Source of the DNA: Bacillota bacterium
GTDB lineage: Bacteria > Bacillota > Sulfobacillia > Sulfobacillales > JAIMBI01
NCBI GenBank assembly: GCA_021795575.1
Contig: JAJYPH010000002.1
Span: 1-62,508, forward strand
DNA length: 62,508 nucleotides
Reading direction: 5' to 3'
Made by a program: the position numbers and the translations under genes. Under the pieces are notes generated by a model. The model was not told the DNA's origin, ran no database searches, and saw only the letters and a list, made by a program, of their open reading frames with translations. Shown here piece by piece: positions 44,549 through 51,220 of this stretch (the first letter of the stretch is position 1; each line of letters starts with the position of its first letter).

Positions 44549-45178
44549 TCATTCCTCCGTCTGTTCGTTGGGAACCCAAGGTGGGGCAGGGGCGTCAACC
44601 CCGTGGTGCAGCGCTCCGGCAAACAGCGCCGCGACCTCTGCCGCGACGGCCTGGGGGTCCAATGGCTCCGTATGCACAGGGGCCGCAAACAGCTGCATCA
44701 GCAAAACTTCATAAAAGGCTCGGGCCACGGGACCGAAGTTGCCATCCGGGATTTGCCCGCGGCGCGCGCACCCCTCGAGATGCGCCGCCAGGGGACCGGG
44801 CACCTGGCGCGCAAATTCTCCGTAGAACGTCCGCAGATCGTTATCCCAGCGCGCTTCGGCCAGTCCCACCAGCACCATGTCGGCCATCGGAAGCATATGG
44901 TCGAGGTATACGGACGCCCAATGCGTAAGATCCGCTGCCAGGTCCGTGGCGTCCCGGCTGGGCTCCACCAGAATGGCCTCCCCCATGCGGGACACGGTAC
45001 GGGTCACCATGGATCGAACGAGGTGAGCTTTCGTGGGGAAGTGCCGAAACAGCGTCACCTCGTTGACACCAGCGGCCGCAGCCACCGCACGCGTCGTGAG
45101 CCCCCGCGGGCCATTCTCGCGACAGAGTTGCTTGCACGCGTCCAGAATGCGCGCCTCGGTGTCCTCGACTCCGCCCAC
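44549..45178 (-). CDS. TetR-family transcriptional regulator
   Basis: HTH TTRAVAAAAGVNEVTLFRHFPTK. The GTG at 45178 has GGGAGGA 6 nt upstream; the ATG at 45193 and GTG at 45214 lack an SD. Confidence 0.88.
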   Translation of the reverse strand: MGGVEDTEARILDACKQLCRENGPRGLTTRAVAAAAGVNEVTLFRHFPTKAHLVRSMVTRTVSRMGEAILVEPSRDATDLAADLTHWASVYLDHMLPMADMVLVGLAEARWDNDLRTFYGEFARQVPGPLAAHLEGCARRGQIPDGNFGPVARAFYEVLLMQLFAAPVHTEPLDPQAVAAEVAALFAGALHHGVDAPAPPWVPNEQTEE

Positions 45179-45196
45179 GGTACGTCCTCCCATGCA

Positions 45197-45213
45197 TGCA
45201 AGTGTTGCTTGCA
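45197..45213. promoter_or_regulatory. Inverted repeat TGCAAG-N5-CTTGCA, probable TetR operator
   Basis: 6-bp perfect arms located between the predicted -10 and the tetR SD. Confidence 0.5.
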
Positions 45214-45214
45214 C

Positions 45215-45242
45215 AGCTTAGCACGGCGCCGGGCGGTGTCAA
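45215..45242 (-). promoter_or_regulatory. Sigma-A-type promoter TTGACA-N16-TAAGCT for tetR-MFS
   Basis: The minus strand reads CCCTTGACACCGCCCGGCGCCGTGCTAAGCTGTGCAAG. Confidence 0.5.
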
Positions 45243-45613
45243 GGGCAGAGGGCCTCGCGTGGGAAAAAGACGACGCAGCCCCCGCCGGGTCTCGACGGCG
45301 TGGGGTCGGACTCGACCAGCGGGGCTGGGGCAAGAAGCCGCGCGACGACATTCCGCTGGCCATTCGGCGCAAGAACGGTCGGACGCTGGACGACCTGGGG
45401 ACCGAGCTGCCCACGCTGTATGGATGGCGCTTCGACTCCGAGTCCGCCCTCTATGCCGCGTTGAGCCGGCGCGAGGATGCCAGGTACCAGCGCGCGGCCT
45501 TCATGGCGGCCGCGCGGCGCGAGCATGATGAAGAGGAACCGTACACGCGATTGATTCGAGGCACGCGGGAGGCGTTGCGGCCAACCCGCAAGCGACGAAC
45601 AGTGAAGGACTGA
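45236..45613 (+). CDS. Hypothetical protein (start uncertain)
   Basis: High GC3 and natural composition in the distal two-thirds (…LDDLGTELPTLYGWRFDSESALYAALSRREDARYQRAAF…). Its stop lies 6 nt before the next gene. Confidence 0.35.
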   Translation: MSRAEGLAWEKDDAAPAGSRRRGVGLDQRGWGKKPRDDIPLAIRRKNGRTLDDLGTELPTLYGWRFDSESALYAALSRREDARYQRAAFMAAARREHDEEEPYTRLIRGTREALRPTRKRRTVKD

Positions 45614-45619
45614 GGGATC

Positions 45620-45979
45620 ATGGGGACCGGAGGCGGAGGTTTCGAGGAAAACATGGGCAAGTTCGGGTGGGACGGATATTGGGGGGCGGCCTACGTGGCT
45701 CAGTCGGGCGACGGGTGGTCCACAATCTCGGAGTATTTTTATGGCTCGACGGCGACGGACTGCTGGGAAGGCCTCCAGTCCAACAACGGCGGCGGAACAC
45801 TGGACGTGGGGCAGGTGGTGGGTCTACCGGCATTTGTCGGGCTTGACTTAGGCGCCGGGGGGATCCAGTACGACCTGATTTGCGCCAACGTGCCCGCACA
45901 AAAGGACCTGGGAGTTCTCGCGGCGCCCTCGGGGTTTTCGTCGCAAGCTATCCCCGCATGCGGATTCACGGCGGACTAG
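45620..45979 (+). CDS. Small protein with a LysM-like segment
   Basis: YVAQSGDGWSTISEYFYGSTATDCWEGLQSNNGGGTLDVGQVVGLP follows the LysM pattern (GDxxxxIxxxYxG...N...LxxGQxxxxP). Confidence 0.5.
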   Translation: MGTGGGGFEENMGKFGWDGYWGAAYVAQSGDGWSTISEYFYGSTATDCWEGLQSNNGGGTLDVGQVVGLPAFVGLDLGAGGIQYDLICANVPAQKDLGVLAAPSGFSSQAIPACGFTAD

Positions 45980-46464
45980 GGGACCCCAGGGCAAGTTTCA
46001 GGGGTGGCGGGAAGGGCGCATCCCCACAGCGTGTTGAAGGGGCCCAAGACACTCGAGTACCACGACGAGGCGCTGGCAGGGCTGGTTAGGACCACCGGAT
46101 CCTGACCAGTCGGGGAAACGACGGCGGCGCTCACCACAAAATAGTATGCCTGGGACTGCGGAGACCACCGGACCGGCGGCCGCCCCGATGCTACCCACGT
46201 GGCTCGGACGGACGCCGGCTCGTAGGACAGGACCGCTTCCTCTTGCCATAGAAGGCTCCACGCCGGCTTGGCGGTGATGAATTGCCAGTCAGGAGAGATG
46301 GGCCGACGCGGACCCGAACGCCGAAGCGCAGTCGCACGCTTGACCCTAGCATTAGCGGGCGGCGTCGTGGCCAGAGCCGGCCGGGGCATCGTCAGCAGGT
46401 AGGCCGCCGCTGCGGCCACGATCAAGGCCCCGAGTGCTTGAACGCCGATTCGCGCGAGTTTCAC
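45976..46464 (-). CDS. Membrane-anchored hypothetical protein, paralogue A
   Basis: GTG start after GGGGGA gives VKLARIGVQALGALIVAAAAAYLLTMPR.... The N-terminus and upstream DNA are homologous to the gene at 50511-50945. Confidence 0.6.
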   Translation of the reverse strand: MKLARIGVQALGALIVAAAAAYLLTMPRPALATTPPANARVKRATALRRSGPRRPISPDWQFITAKPAWSLLWQEEAVLSYEPASVRATWVASGRPPVRWSPQSQAYYFVVSAAVVSPTGQDPVVLTSPASASSWYSSVLGPFNTLWGCALPATPETCPGVP

Positions 46465-46507
46465 GTTCGATCCCCCGGCCCTAGCATAACGCGCAGGGAC
46501 CCCCGCA
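46381..46507. repeat. Direct repeat copy 1 (promoter plus 5' end of paralogue A)
   Basis: Aligns with 50862-50989 at roughly 70-75 percent identity by eye. Perfect cores are CCGGGGCATCGTCAGCAG (18 nt) and CGCGCGAGTTTCAC (14 nt). Confidence 0.8.
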
Positions 46508-46545
46508 CGTCCAGGCAAAAGAAATCCCGCAGATGGGTTGTGAGC

Positions 46546-46575
46546 GCGACTCCGCGGGGTGTATCGCGGAGTCGC
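46546..46575. promoter_or_regulatory. Perfect 11-bp inverted repeat (GCGACTCCGCG-N8-CGCGGAGTCGC)
   Basis: Lies in the divergent intergenic region, followed by an AT-rich patch (46588-46620) containing TCTTATC. Confidence 0.6.
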
Positions 46576-46687
46576 CTACTGCTCCTGAGTAACATAATAT
46601 CTCTTATCGGACATTACTCCGGATGGGAGGGAGGCTGCAGACCAGGCACAGAGGAACGGCAGCTACCACTACTAGGAGGTCCTGCCG

Positions 46688-46951
46688 TTGAGTACACCAT
46701 ACCTGGTGGATGATCCACCTGTCAACCCCCTTTCTCCGGCCAACGCCATTGAGATCCTTCGTGGTCGCCATTATGTGGAAGAGGCCTACCCCGAGGCGCG
46801 CGGCGCGCACCTGGACGCCGCCATTACATTCCTGGAACATTGGGTGTCCACGGAAGCCCCGCAGCGGGTCCACCTGGCCGAGCCGGTGCACGTCTGGAGC
46901 CGTCGCACGGGCTCCTGCCGCCCCGCCCTTGCCAAGTCCACCAGCGCATGG
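46688..46951 (+). CDS. Hypothetical protein, first gene of the Rep-proximal cluster (3' end unresolved)
   Basis: TTG start 8 nt after AGGAGG. The first roughly 70 codons look coding (MSTPYLVDDPPVNPLSPANAIEILRGRHYVEEAYPEARGAHLDAAITFLEHW...). The frame has no stop until 47632. Confidence 0.4.
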
Positions 46952-47097
46952 GGACGGACGCGGTCAAGCTCGATCCCGGTGAAGGCGACGAGGGTCCTGT
47001 GTGGACCCGCCTTCCCGGCGTGCCCGCCGGCACACGCGCCGATGCCCACGAGGCCTACCTCTGGCACCGCCCCGAGTCCTGCGGGGTGGAGTCATGA
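46948..47097 (+). CDS. Small hypothetical protein (49 aa)
   Basis: MGTDAVKLDPGEGDEGPVWTRLPGVPAGTRADAHEAYLWHRPESCGVES. Its TGA overlaps the next ATG (ATGA). Confidence 0.4.
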   Translation: MGTDAVKLDPGEGDEGPVWTRLPGVPAGTRADAHEAYLWHRPESCGVES

Positions 47098-47384
47098 ACC
47101 GCGGCGGGGCGCCGGAACACTGGCCGGCCGACCCCCCAGATCCGAAGGCCGTGCACTGGCACATTTTCGCGCTGGATGCCTCCTGCGCCCCTTGGGAGGG
47201 TCGCCTGATGTTGTGCGCACAAGATCTCGAGCGAGCGGTTGCGCACGTCCACTGCATGTCCGACTCGGCTCCCGAGGCCCTTACCGGCGTCGTGTTCTGG
47301 CGCGTGGGCGGCCTCTGGGATGCATGCCTCGCGGCGGACGAACACCTCACGCATCCGCTCACGTGGTCGGAGGTGCTGCCATGA
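47094..47384 (+). CDS. Small HWH-motif protein 1 (96 aa)
   Basis: SD GGGGTGGAG. Contains ...PKAVHWHIFALDASCAPWEGRLMLC.... ATGA overlaps occur at both ends. Confidence 0.55.
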   Translation: MNRGGAPEHWPADPPDPKAVHWHIFALDASCAPWEGRLMLCAQDLERAVAHVHCMSDSAPEALTGVVFWRVGGLWDACLAADEHLTHPLTWSEVLP

Positions 47385-47632
47385 CCGGCCGCTTCCCGTG
47401 GGGGACGCTTGGCGAGGCCGAGCGCCCGCCGGTGCACTGGCACGTTATGGCCATCGATGAAAATGGCGCCGGGGAGGAAGACCGCGTACTCGCCTGCCTC
47501 CACCATTTCCCGCCGCGCGCTTTCGTCCTATGGGTCGCACGCGGGCTTCGACCAGGCGAATTCGTCGCGGTGTGGGAAGAGCCGGGATATCGCGAGGGCT
47601 GCCTGAGCCGGGGGGCGCTGCTATGTCGATAG
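47381..47632 (+). CDS. Small HWH-motif protein 2 (83 aa)
   Basis: Contains ...RPPVHWHVMAIDENGAGEEDRVLAC..., paralogous to the preceding ORF. 10-nt overlap with the Rep start. Confidence 0.55.
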   Translation: MTGRFPWGTLGEAERPPVHWHVMAIDENGAGEEDRVLACLHHFPPRAFVLWVARGLRPGEFVAVWEEPGYREGCLSRGALLCR

Positions 47633-48951
47633 CGCAGGACCTCCATTGGCACGTCCATATCACGTGGCGGCCGCCGGGTCAGGTCGCGACGGGCCAAGTG
47701 GTCGGGTGCGTTTCGGACATCGGCGCGGGCGGCGAGTATGCCGCCGACATAGCCGCCGCTAGCGATATCCTGGCCTACGTGGACGGCATCACCCTCCAGC
47801 GGCAGCCCGGCTGTCGGCGGCCTCATCTTTTCCGCCTGGTGGCTCCGATGATCCGCCGTCCGTACCGCCCGACCCCCCTCCAAGCGTACGCGCTGGCCAT
47901 TGCGGCGAGCGCGCGCGCGCAGGAGGTGGCCGCCCGCCGCCTGGCGACCGCGAAGGACCGCGCCTGCGCCGAAGCGGCGATCGCGGCGGCGCGGGCGGCG
48001 GATCGCGCCGCCCGGATGGCCGCCGGCCTCCCCTGCTTTGGCCTTGAATACGGGAATAGAAACATTTGCGGCCGACCGCGCCAGACAAGGGTTTGCGGGC
48101 ACATGGCCGAACCCGTGATCGGGGCGCCCAGCGCGGCCGTCGCCCGCCCCCTGTTCGGTGACGGCTACCACAACCGCGAGCGGTGGGGGGCAGAGATCGC
48201 CGCGAACTTGCGCGGGGCGACCGCGACCACCTGGATGCGTCGGATGGGCGACCGGATGGCTCGCTGCCGGTCGTGGGTCGTCGAGTCCCAAGGGGCCGTG
48301 GAATTGACCGAAGCTTGCCGCTCTTCCCTATGTCCCCAGGGCCGGCGCGCGCGCGGGCAGATGTGGGCGGCGCGCTTGACGCCGTGGCTGGAGCGCAACG
48401 AGGAGGAGGGATTGTCGCTCGACGGCTCGGGGCGCATCTGGCGGGATATGGACTCGGAATGGCGCGCCGCGCTCGGCTACGCGGCGGCGGCCCGCGACAC
48501 CGCCTTCACCAAGCTGCAACGACTGGACCGGCAAGACCAGCGCGGCCCGACATTGCGCTATTGGCCGCTGTTTCTCACTCTGACGCTGCGTAACGTCCCG
48601 CGACTCCAGGAGCGGGACGGTGACGGAAACGTGACCTGGAACGTGCTTGTGGACCACTTCGGAGCCAGTTGGCGGACAATGCGCGAGACGGCCCGGCGGC
48701 ACCCCGACAGTGGCGCCGGGCGACTGTGGGGGCACATCGTCGGCGGCGTCAAGGCCCTGGAAATTACGTGGAACGAGCGCGCGCAGACCTGGCACCCCCA
48801 TGCGCACGTGCTGGTATTGGCGGACGTGTCCTACATCAGCGGGCGCGAGCTGGCAGAGCTGTGGGAGCACTACGCCGATGCCTATATCGTGGACGTGCGG
48901 GCGGTGGACGGGCACCGTGAAGGAGGGACAGACCTCCGGCAGCGTGCCTAG
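47623..48951 (+). CDS. Rolling-circle replication initiator (Rep_1/pC194 family), apparently disrupted before the catalytic Tyr motif
   Basis: Motif I is PLFLTLTLRNV. The HUH motif is TWHPHAHVLVLADVSYIS..ELAELW...IVDVRAV. The frame stops about 10 codons after VDVRAV, where the ExxKYxxK motif is expected. Confidence 0.75.
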   Translation: MSIAQDLHWHVHITWRPPGQVATGQVVGCVSDIGAGGEYAADIAAASDILAYVDGITLQRQPGCRRPHLFRLVAPMIRRPYRPTPLQAYALAIAASARAQEVAARRLATAKDRACAEAAIAAARAADRAARMAAGLPCFGLEYGNRNICGRPRQTRVCGHMAEPVIGAPSAAVARPLFGDGYHNRERWGAEIAANLRGATATTWMRRMGDRMARCRSWVVESQGAVELTEACRSSLCPQGRRARGQMWAARLTPWLERNEEEGLSLDGSGRIWRDMDSEWRAALGYAAAARDTAFTKLQRLDRQDQRGPTLRYWPLFLTLTLRNVPRLQERDGDGNVTWNVLVDHFGASWRTMRETARRHPDSGAGRLWGHIVGGVKALEITWNERAQTWHPHAHVLVLADVSYISGRELAELWEHYADAYIVDVRAVDGHREGGTDLRQRA

Positions 48952-49007
48952 CGCCACGCCGTTCAACTGGGCGCGGTACCCGGGACCGGTGGTGTTGAGC
49001 TCGGGGG

Positions 49008-50088
49008 TGAAGGCATGACCGGGTGCAGGCCCTGGACGGCAAGAGCGCCCCCCCGCCGTTCACGCCGTAATCACCGAGACGTTCGCCACCCTCCAGGCCC
49101 GGTTGGGGGTGGCGGGCGCCTGCCGGGCCCTGGGCCAACCACGGTCGACCTACTACGCGCGGCGGCATCCGCGGCGGGTCGCGGGGCCGCGTCCCCGACC
49201 CACGCCGCGCACGGCCTTGTCGGCCGCCGAACGCGCCGCCATCTTGGCGGCGTTGCACAGCGAGCGCTTCGTCGATGCCCGTCCCGCGACCGTGTGGGCC
49301 ACGCTGTTAGATGAAGGCGTCTACCACGCGTCCTCGTCGACCTTCTACCGGCGGTTGCGCGCCGCCGGCGAAGTCCGCGACCGCCGGGCCCAGGCCACGC
49401 ACCCGCCCCGCAAGAAGCCGGAGCTCCTGGCCACGGGCCCCAACCCGGGGTGGTCGTGGGACATCACCTATCTCCCGGGGCCCGTGAAGGGCCAGTACTA
49501 CCGGCTCTATGTGATTCGGGACATCTTCAGCCGCGCCGTGGTGGGGTGGCTCGTGGCCCCGACCGAGGCCAAGTGGATGGCCGCCGCGCTCATCCGCGCC
49601 ACCGTGCGACGCCACGGCGTCGCGCGCGACACCTTGACCTGGCACGCCGATAACGGGGCCGCGATGGTGTCCCCGCCCGTCGCCGCCCTCTTGACGGAGC
49701 TCGGCGTGACGAAGAGCCACTCCCGGCCCCATACCTCCAACGACAACCCGTATTCCGAGGCCCCGTTCAAGACCCTCACGTATCGGCCCGACTTCCCGGA
49801 TCGCTTCCCCAGTCTCGCGGCGGCCCGCCGGTGGTTGCGGCGGTTTTTGCACTGGTACCACACGGAGCACCGGCACAGCGGCCTGGGGTGGCTGACGCCC
49901 GCGGTCGTCCATCGGGGCGAGGGGCCGGCGGTGCAGCGGCAACGCGCCGCGGTCCTGGCGGCGGCCTACGCCCGCCACCCGGAACGGTACGCGGCCGGGC
50001 CGCCGCAGCCGCCGGCCCTACCTGACCGCGTGGCGATCAACCCGCCGGAGGATCCCCCGTAACCGGGAGCGTGAATTTCTTGCTTTCA
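49008..50088 (+). mobile_element. Candidate insertion sequence carrying the rve transposase (boundaries tentative)
   Basis: The termini TGAAGGCATGA (49008-49018) and the reverse complement of 50078-50088 (TGAAAGCAAGA) match at 9 of 11 positions and begin with TG. I saw no flanking target duplication. Confidence 0.35.
49103..50062 (+). CDS. DDE transposase with rve (integrase core) domain, IS3-family OrfB-like
   Basis: HTH-like ACRALGQPRSTYYARR. Catalytic contexts WSWDITYL, LTWHADNGAAM and SNDNPYSEAPFKTL. The frame is open from 49019, and no OrfA-type ORF lies upstream. Confidence 0.85.
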   Translation: MGVAGACRALGQPRSTYYARRHPRRVAGPRPRPTPRTALSAAERAAILAALHSERFVDARPATVWATLLDEGVYHASSSTFYRRLRAAGEVRDRRAQATHPPRKKPELLATGPNPGWSWDITYLPGPVKGQYYRLYVIRDIFSRAVVGWLVAPTEAKWMAAALIRATVRRHGVARDTLTWHADNGAAMVSPPVAALLTELGVTKSHSRPHTSNDNPYSEAPFKTLTYRPDFPDRFPSLAAARRWLRRFLHWYHTEHRHSGLGWLTPAVVHRGEGPAVQRQRAAVLAAAYARHPERYAAGPPQPPALPDRVAINPPEDPP

Positions 50089-50289
50089 TCCGCCCACAGC
50101 GGCTTGACACCTACCGCATGGAGCAACAACACCGACCCCGCCGCGTACGGGCTACTCCGGTACTTGGAGCTCACCGCGGAGCGCTACCGGACGCTGGTGA
50201 ACCCCGCATATGTGGGAGAGTCCGCTGGATGGCGCAAGACGCTAGCGGCCACGGGCCACCAGGTGGCGAAGGGGGCGCACCATGGGTGA
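50071..50289 (+). CDS. Hypothetical protein (72 aa), possibly a displaced remnant of the Rep C-terminus
   Basis: High GC3. Reads ...DPAAYGLLRYLELTAERYRTLVNPAYVGESAGWRKTL.... Overlaps the next small ORF (ATGGGTGA). Confidence 0.35.
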   Translation: MNFLLSSAHSGLTPTAWSNNTDPAAYGLLRYLELTAERYRTLVNPAYVGESAGWRKTLAATGHQVAKGAHHG

Positions 50290-50446
50290 AATTCTGAACA
50301 GCGGCATGATGTGGCGGGGCTACAACACCGCGGACCCCACGAATGACGACGTGACGCTGACGGCCGCCACGGCTAGTACGGTCCAGTTCGACCAGACGTG
50401 CAACCGCCTGATCGTCGCGAACTACTCCCCTTCCCCGTGGCGCTGA
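50282..50446 (+). CDS. Small hypothetical protein (54 aa)
   Basis: MGEILNSGMMWRGYNTADPTNDDVTLTAATASTVQFDQTCNRLIVANYSPSPWR. High GC3, followed by a terminator. It is below the 60-aa ORF track cutoff. Confidence 0.35.
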   Translation: MGEILNSGMMWRGYNTADPTNDDVTLTAATASTVQFDQTCNRLIVANYSPSPWR

Positions 50447-50450
50447 AGTT

Positions 50451-50478
50451 TGGCGGAGCGCCGCCAGGGTTTTATCTT
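50451..50478 (+). terminator. Rho-independent terminator
   Basis: TGGCGG-AGCG-CCGCCA stem-loop followed by GGGTTTTATCTT. Confidence 0.6.
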
Positions 50479-50510
50479 CATTCGCCGGGAGTCTGCGGCT
50501 TTACCACGTG

Positions 50511-50945
50511 CTAACAACCGAACTGACCGGGCTTAGGGAAACCCGTGGGCGGGATCGGGGTGAGCCACCACGACGGCCACGGCGATGTTGGCGATGGGTA
50601 TGACGCCACCGGACCACTGAGGCTAAGGTTGCCATAGGGGGGGCCGACGAAGAAATAGTACGTGGATCCGAGCCGGATAGGCGGACAGTTCGCGCCCCGC
50701 CACTCCTGTCGAAGAAACGCGGACTGACTGGACATTATCCAGCGCTCCCGTTGCCAGCCCGTGGATTGAGGCCCGGGCGGGTCCGCCCACGCTACAACGC
50801 GGGTCGCACGCGCGGGCTGGCCGGCCGCTCGGGCCGGCTGCGTCGGGTGGGCGGGGCCAGCCCGGGGCATCGTCAGCAGATACGCCGCGGCGCCGGCCAC
50901 GATCACCGCACCGAGCCCCGGGACTACCCAACGCGCGAGTTTCAC
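50511..50945 (-). CDS. Membrane-anchored hypothetical protein, paralogue B
   Basis: GTG start after GGGAGGGGG gives VKLARWVVPGLGAVIVAGAAAYLLTMPR.... Paralogue of 45976-46464. Confidence 0.6.
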   Translation of the reverse strand: MKLARWVVPGLGAVIVAGAAAYLLTMPRAGPAHPTQPARAAGQPARATRVVAWADPPGPQSTGWQRERWIMSSQSAFLRQEWRGANCPPIRLGSTYYFFVGPPYGNLSLSGPVASYPSPTSPWPSWWLTPIPPTGFPKPGQFGC

Positions 50946-50989
50946 CGCGAACCCCCTCCCGCCTAGCATAACTCGCGGGTATCCCCGCA
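50862..50989. repeat. Direct repeat copy 2 (promoter plus 5' end of paralogue B)
   Basis: See 46381-46507. The shared upstream block is CCTAGCATAAC(G/T)CGC(A/G)GG...CCCCGCA. Confidence 0.8.
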
Positions 50990-51220
50990 GATCAAGTGAA
51001 CACGCACACTCAGGTCCGACCCAACCAGTGTCGTGCGACCCGTGCTGCCAGTCCATTACATGGTGGGCTCCCGGGCTGGCCGAACGGCCCCCGTGCGCCT
51101 GAGGGAGAAGGTTGCCGCATCCGATGCGCTACAATATTTGCACAAGTCTCGGATGCTCTGGCCGCCCCACTGAGTCGGCTTCGTAGATGACAGGGGCCGC
51201 CCGGGAGGAGGGGTGTTACG

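Larger units (their letters stand above)
45236..50989. mobile_element. Degenerate integrated rolling-circle (Rep_1-type) plasmid-like element with internal rve-transposase insertion
   Basis: Contains a Rep with motif I and HUH motifs, small coupled ORFs, a hairpin plus AT-rich origin-like patch, a DDE transposase and flanking diverged direct repeats. Boundaries are approximate. Confidence 0.5.

Noticed and set aside
46688-47632. A single 314-aa protein spanning the whole region upstream of rep.
   Set aside because: The middle third is Arg/Pro/Ser/Gly-rich and non-protein-like. The other two frames there give natural-looking products joined by ATGA overlaps with their own SDs. I treat it as a composite read-through, with the first gene's 3' end left unresolved.
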